A stretch of DNA of 64,000 nucleotides, taken from NCBI RefSeq assembly GCF_006345805.1, contig NC_042998.1, positions 194,494,001 to 194,558,000 on the forward strand, in the 5' to 3' direction. How positions within the stretch are numbered: position 1 is the first letter of the stretch; the number at the start of each line of letters is the position of its first letter. This stretch comes from Octopus sinensis. Its lineage: Eukaryota. The translations under genes were made by a program, and so were the position numbers. Below, in pieces: positions 61,553 through 64,000 of this stretch. The notes under the pieces were generated by a model that saw only the letters and a program-made list of their open reading frames with translations, did no database searches and was not told where the DNA came from.

Positions 61553-62130
61553 TTAAGGTAATGGAGTAGGTTGTTGCTTAAGGTAGACTCCATCACCTTC
61601 GAGATATTGAAAACTAGTGATAGAATGGGAATGGTAGTTGGCAGGGTCAGATAGGTTGTTTATTTTGGGAATTGGACACATTGTAGCGGGTTTCCAAAGA
61701 CTGGGATATATCCTTGTAAAGAGAGTGAGAGATTGAAGAATTTGATAAGGATAGGGGGCTAACTCCAAGATATGTTGTTTGAAGGTAATGGAAGAGACAT
61801 TGTCAGGGTTGGTGGTCTTGTTAGTTTGAAGCAAACCAAGATGTTTTTTCTGCTTGTTATATACATGTACATTGTGTTGAGATAGGTGGAATGGACAGGG
61901 ACAGTTTTTAGAGGACACTTAGTGTATTCAGTATAAAGTTGGATGTAAAGCAGAGAGCAAATATAGAGGCTTATTCTCAAGGAGTATCATTGACAGAGAC
62001 ATTATAGTGAAGACGTGGAGGGAAAAAGAAATAGAGAAAGTTAGTAGAGATCTGTTTGGCAAGAGGTTAGAGGATTGGATGTGGTCTGGGAAGCAGGAGT
62101 GTTTGGTCTTATAGGAGTTGTGTAGCTATA
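61553..62130 (-). mobile_element. Decayed LINE RT N-terminal fragment
   Basis: PDNVSSITFKQHILELAP…YPSLWKPATMCPIPK…SDPANYH. Confidence 0.7.
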
Positions 62131-62181
62131 AGAACATTGTCCAGTTTGTTGGGGTAGATTTTTTTTCTTCAAATGTTACAG

Positions 62182-62245
62182 ACCATTGAAATACTTATAA
62201 GTGAACCACTTCGGCAACTTGTAACTGAGTTTCGGTGTGTATATG
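62182..62245 (+). CDS. Isolated candidate exon of an unidentified gene (TIEILISEPLRQLVTEFRCVY)
   Basis: ttttttcttcaaatgttacag| and G|gtatgt; only phase 0 is open; CpG-retaining unique DNA. No partner exon established. Confidence 0.3.
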
Positions 62246-63552
62246 GTATGTGGATAGATATGTAGCGAATCTTGCATGCATTGGATTCGATCCAACGTAG
62301 CCAAATTTAAATCAACGCTGCTACAGAACTTTTCCCATGATGGAACAATGGTTTTTCTCTGACAGCAGTTTTGCATTTTCCTGATGCCTTTAGCTAGGCT
62401 GAAATAATGTTTTCACTACTTGACCATTTCTAACCTCTTCTACTTCACCAGAAGCTAGAATAGAGATAACAAGACCATCAACTAAATCTATTGTTCTCAA
62501 TGATATATCTATCCTTCTAGATAGTTATATAAGCCAGCACACCCCAAGCAAAAAAGTTCGTCATAGTCATGATGACTCAACAGAGTTAGTCACAGTCGGT
62601 GACGACTCAACGAGGTCTGGCTAACCAGCTAGAATCTTGGTCAGAGGGAGAAAGCAACTGTGAGACAACACCCTACAATTCTCTCTAGCTCTAATTCTGT
62701 TCTCTTACAACATCATTCTATCTCTCTCTGTATTTACTACTAAACAATGAAGAGGACACAAACACAAACTTTACTTCACATGCTTTTGGATGTATCAAAA
62801 CCTGCCCGTCGAGGCAAGGTATTGTAATGTAACGGTAACTAAATATTTCCTTAAAACTTCATGCATTGTTCATCTTACACATCTTACAACTTGCCGTTTT
62901 AACAACAAACTCTTATCGTCTCACCAGCTGAATATCATCATCATAATATTCTCTACAATTCAATTTTTACCATTACATTTTGGTGACTATACACTAAAAC
63001 AATCTCTCCCGTTACAACTAAAATTTGAAACCGTTACAGATATACCTAAAAGGTTGGTTTCAGTCGCTTACTTTGTTGTTTCTGAAGGTTAGAGGCAAAA
63101 TACATATATAACCTGGGATACTTAATCTAAAACTGCAGGAGTTCTGACCATTAAGCATAGCATCAAAAAGAACGAGGGCATGTAAGGGATGAAACTAGGT
63201 GCAGTAGAGAGTTGAGGATTGTAAAAGATTCTGCTTTCTCACTGGCAGCATCAATATATGATGAGCAGAAGAGCCAACAAGAGGTGAGTTGAGATTCATG
63301 TTTCTGCTTAGGAAACAAATAGAGAAAGTATAGATTGTTGGAGGAGTATCAGGAGAAATTCTGAGTTAAAAGTAACAGGAAGTTTTTGTTACATGTGTCC
63401 AGGTGAGAGAGGTGAGTGGTGGGGAAAATGGAATTTACATGTGTCTGAAATGAAGTTTGAATCCATGGCATGGCTGGAAGATGGACTGTAGATGAGGTTT
63501 GAAAGATTTGTGTCTCAGAAAAGTTTTTACTATTATAATTATTATTGTAAGA

Positions 63553-63775
63553 TAAGGTGGTGAGCTGGCAGAAATGTGAGCACCCCGGGCAAAATGCTTT
63601 GCGGTATTTCATCAGTCTTTATGTTCTAAGTTGAAGTTCCGCTGAAGTCGACTTTGCCTTTCATCCTTTCGGGGTGGATAAATTTACTACCAGTTGCATA
63701 CTGGGCTGATCTAATTGACTGGCCTCCTCTACAAATATTTTGGGCCTTGTGCCTAGAGTAGAAAAGCAATTATTA
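63553..63775 (+). mobile_element. SINE family C
   Basis: ggtggtgagctggcagaa head; gtcgactttgcctttcatcc core. Confidence 0.85.
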
Positions 63776-64000
63776 TAAGACGATTGGACACTCTTTTGAT
63801 TGTTTACAATAGCTTCATTAATGACAAAATCTAATCACTGTAATAAAAACATTTTCTTTTAACAGAGTGAAAGCTCAGTTATCATGGTATAGGAATTAGC
63901 AGGTTCTTATGTAAAAGTGATGAATGTTCTCTCATGTGGTTAGTGAGAGATATTTTTCCGGTGGAGTTTTTGAGGATAAAATTAGAAACAAGTTAAATGC

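Overview
AT-rich, microsatellite-dense eukaryotic DNA. The SINE/LINE families look like those of Octopus (recognised from memory, not database-checked). About 50 kb is one minus-strand, intron-rich gene that I assembled by hand from splice sites and phases. The CDS exons are 52288-52268, 36636-36477, a tentative bridging exon at 24814-24747 (or 28369-28317), 20462-20138, 13835-13689, 11903-11371, 6778-6618 and 2473-2293. The product is about 530 aa and resembles the ciliary/flagellar protein CCDC181. Two RFX X-box-like motifs and a forkhead (FOXJ1-type) motif lie 105-165 bp upstream of the proposed ATG. The rest is transposon debris: at least four SINE families, RTE, CR1/L2 and Penelope-like fragments, a full-length decayed mariner, hAT and pogo remnants, MITEs and three non-autonomous Helitrons. 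The most unusual signals are several (TA)n-flanked foldback elements. One is a ~147-bp near-perfect palindrome next to a splice donor, and another is centred on a minimal hammerhead-ribozyme core. Further degenerate hammerhead-like motifs and a CRISPR-looking repeat/spacer array inside a SINE are also present. No prokaryotic system is present.
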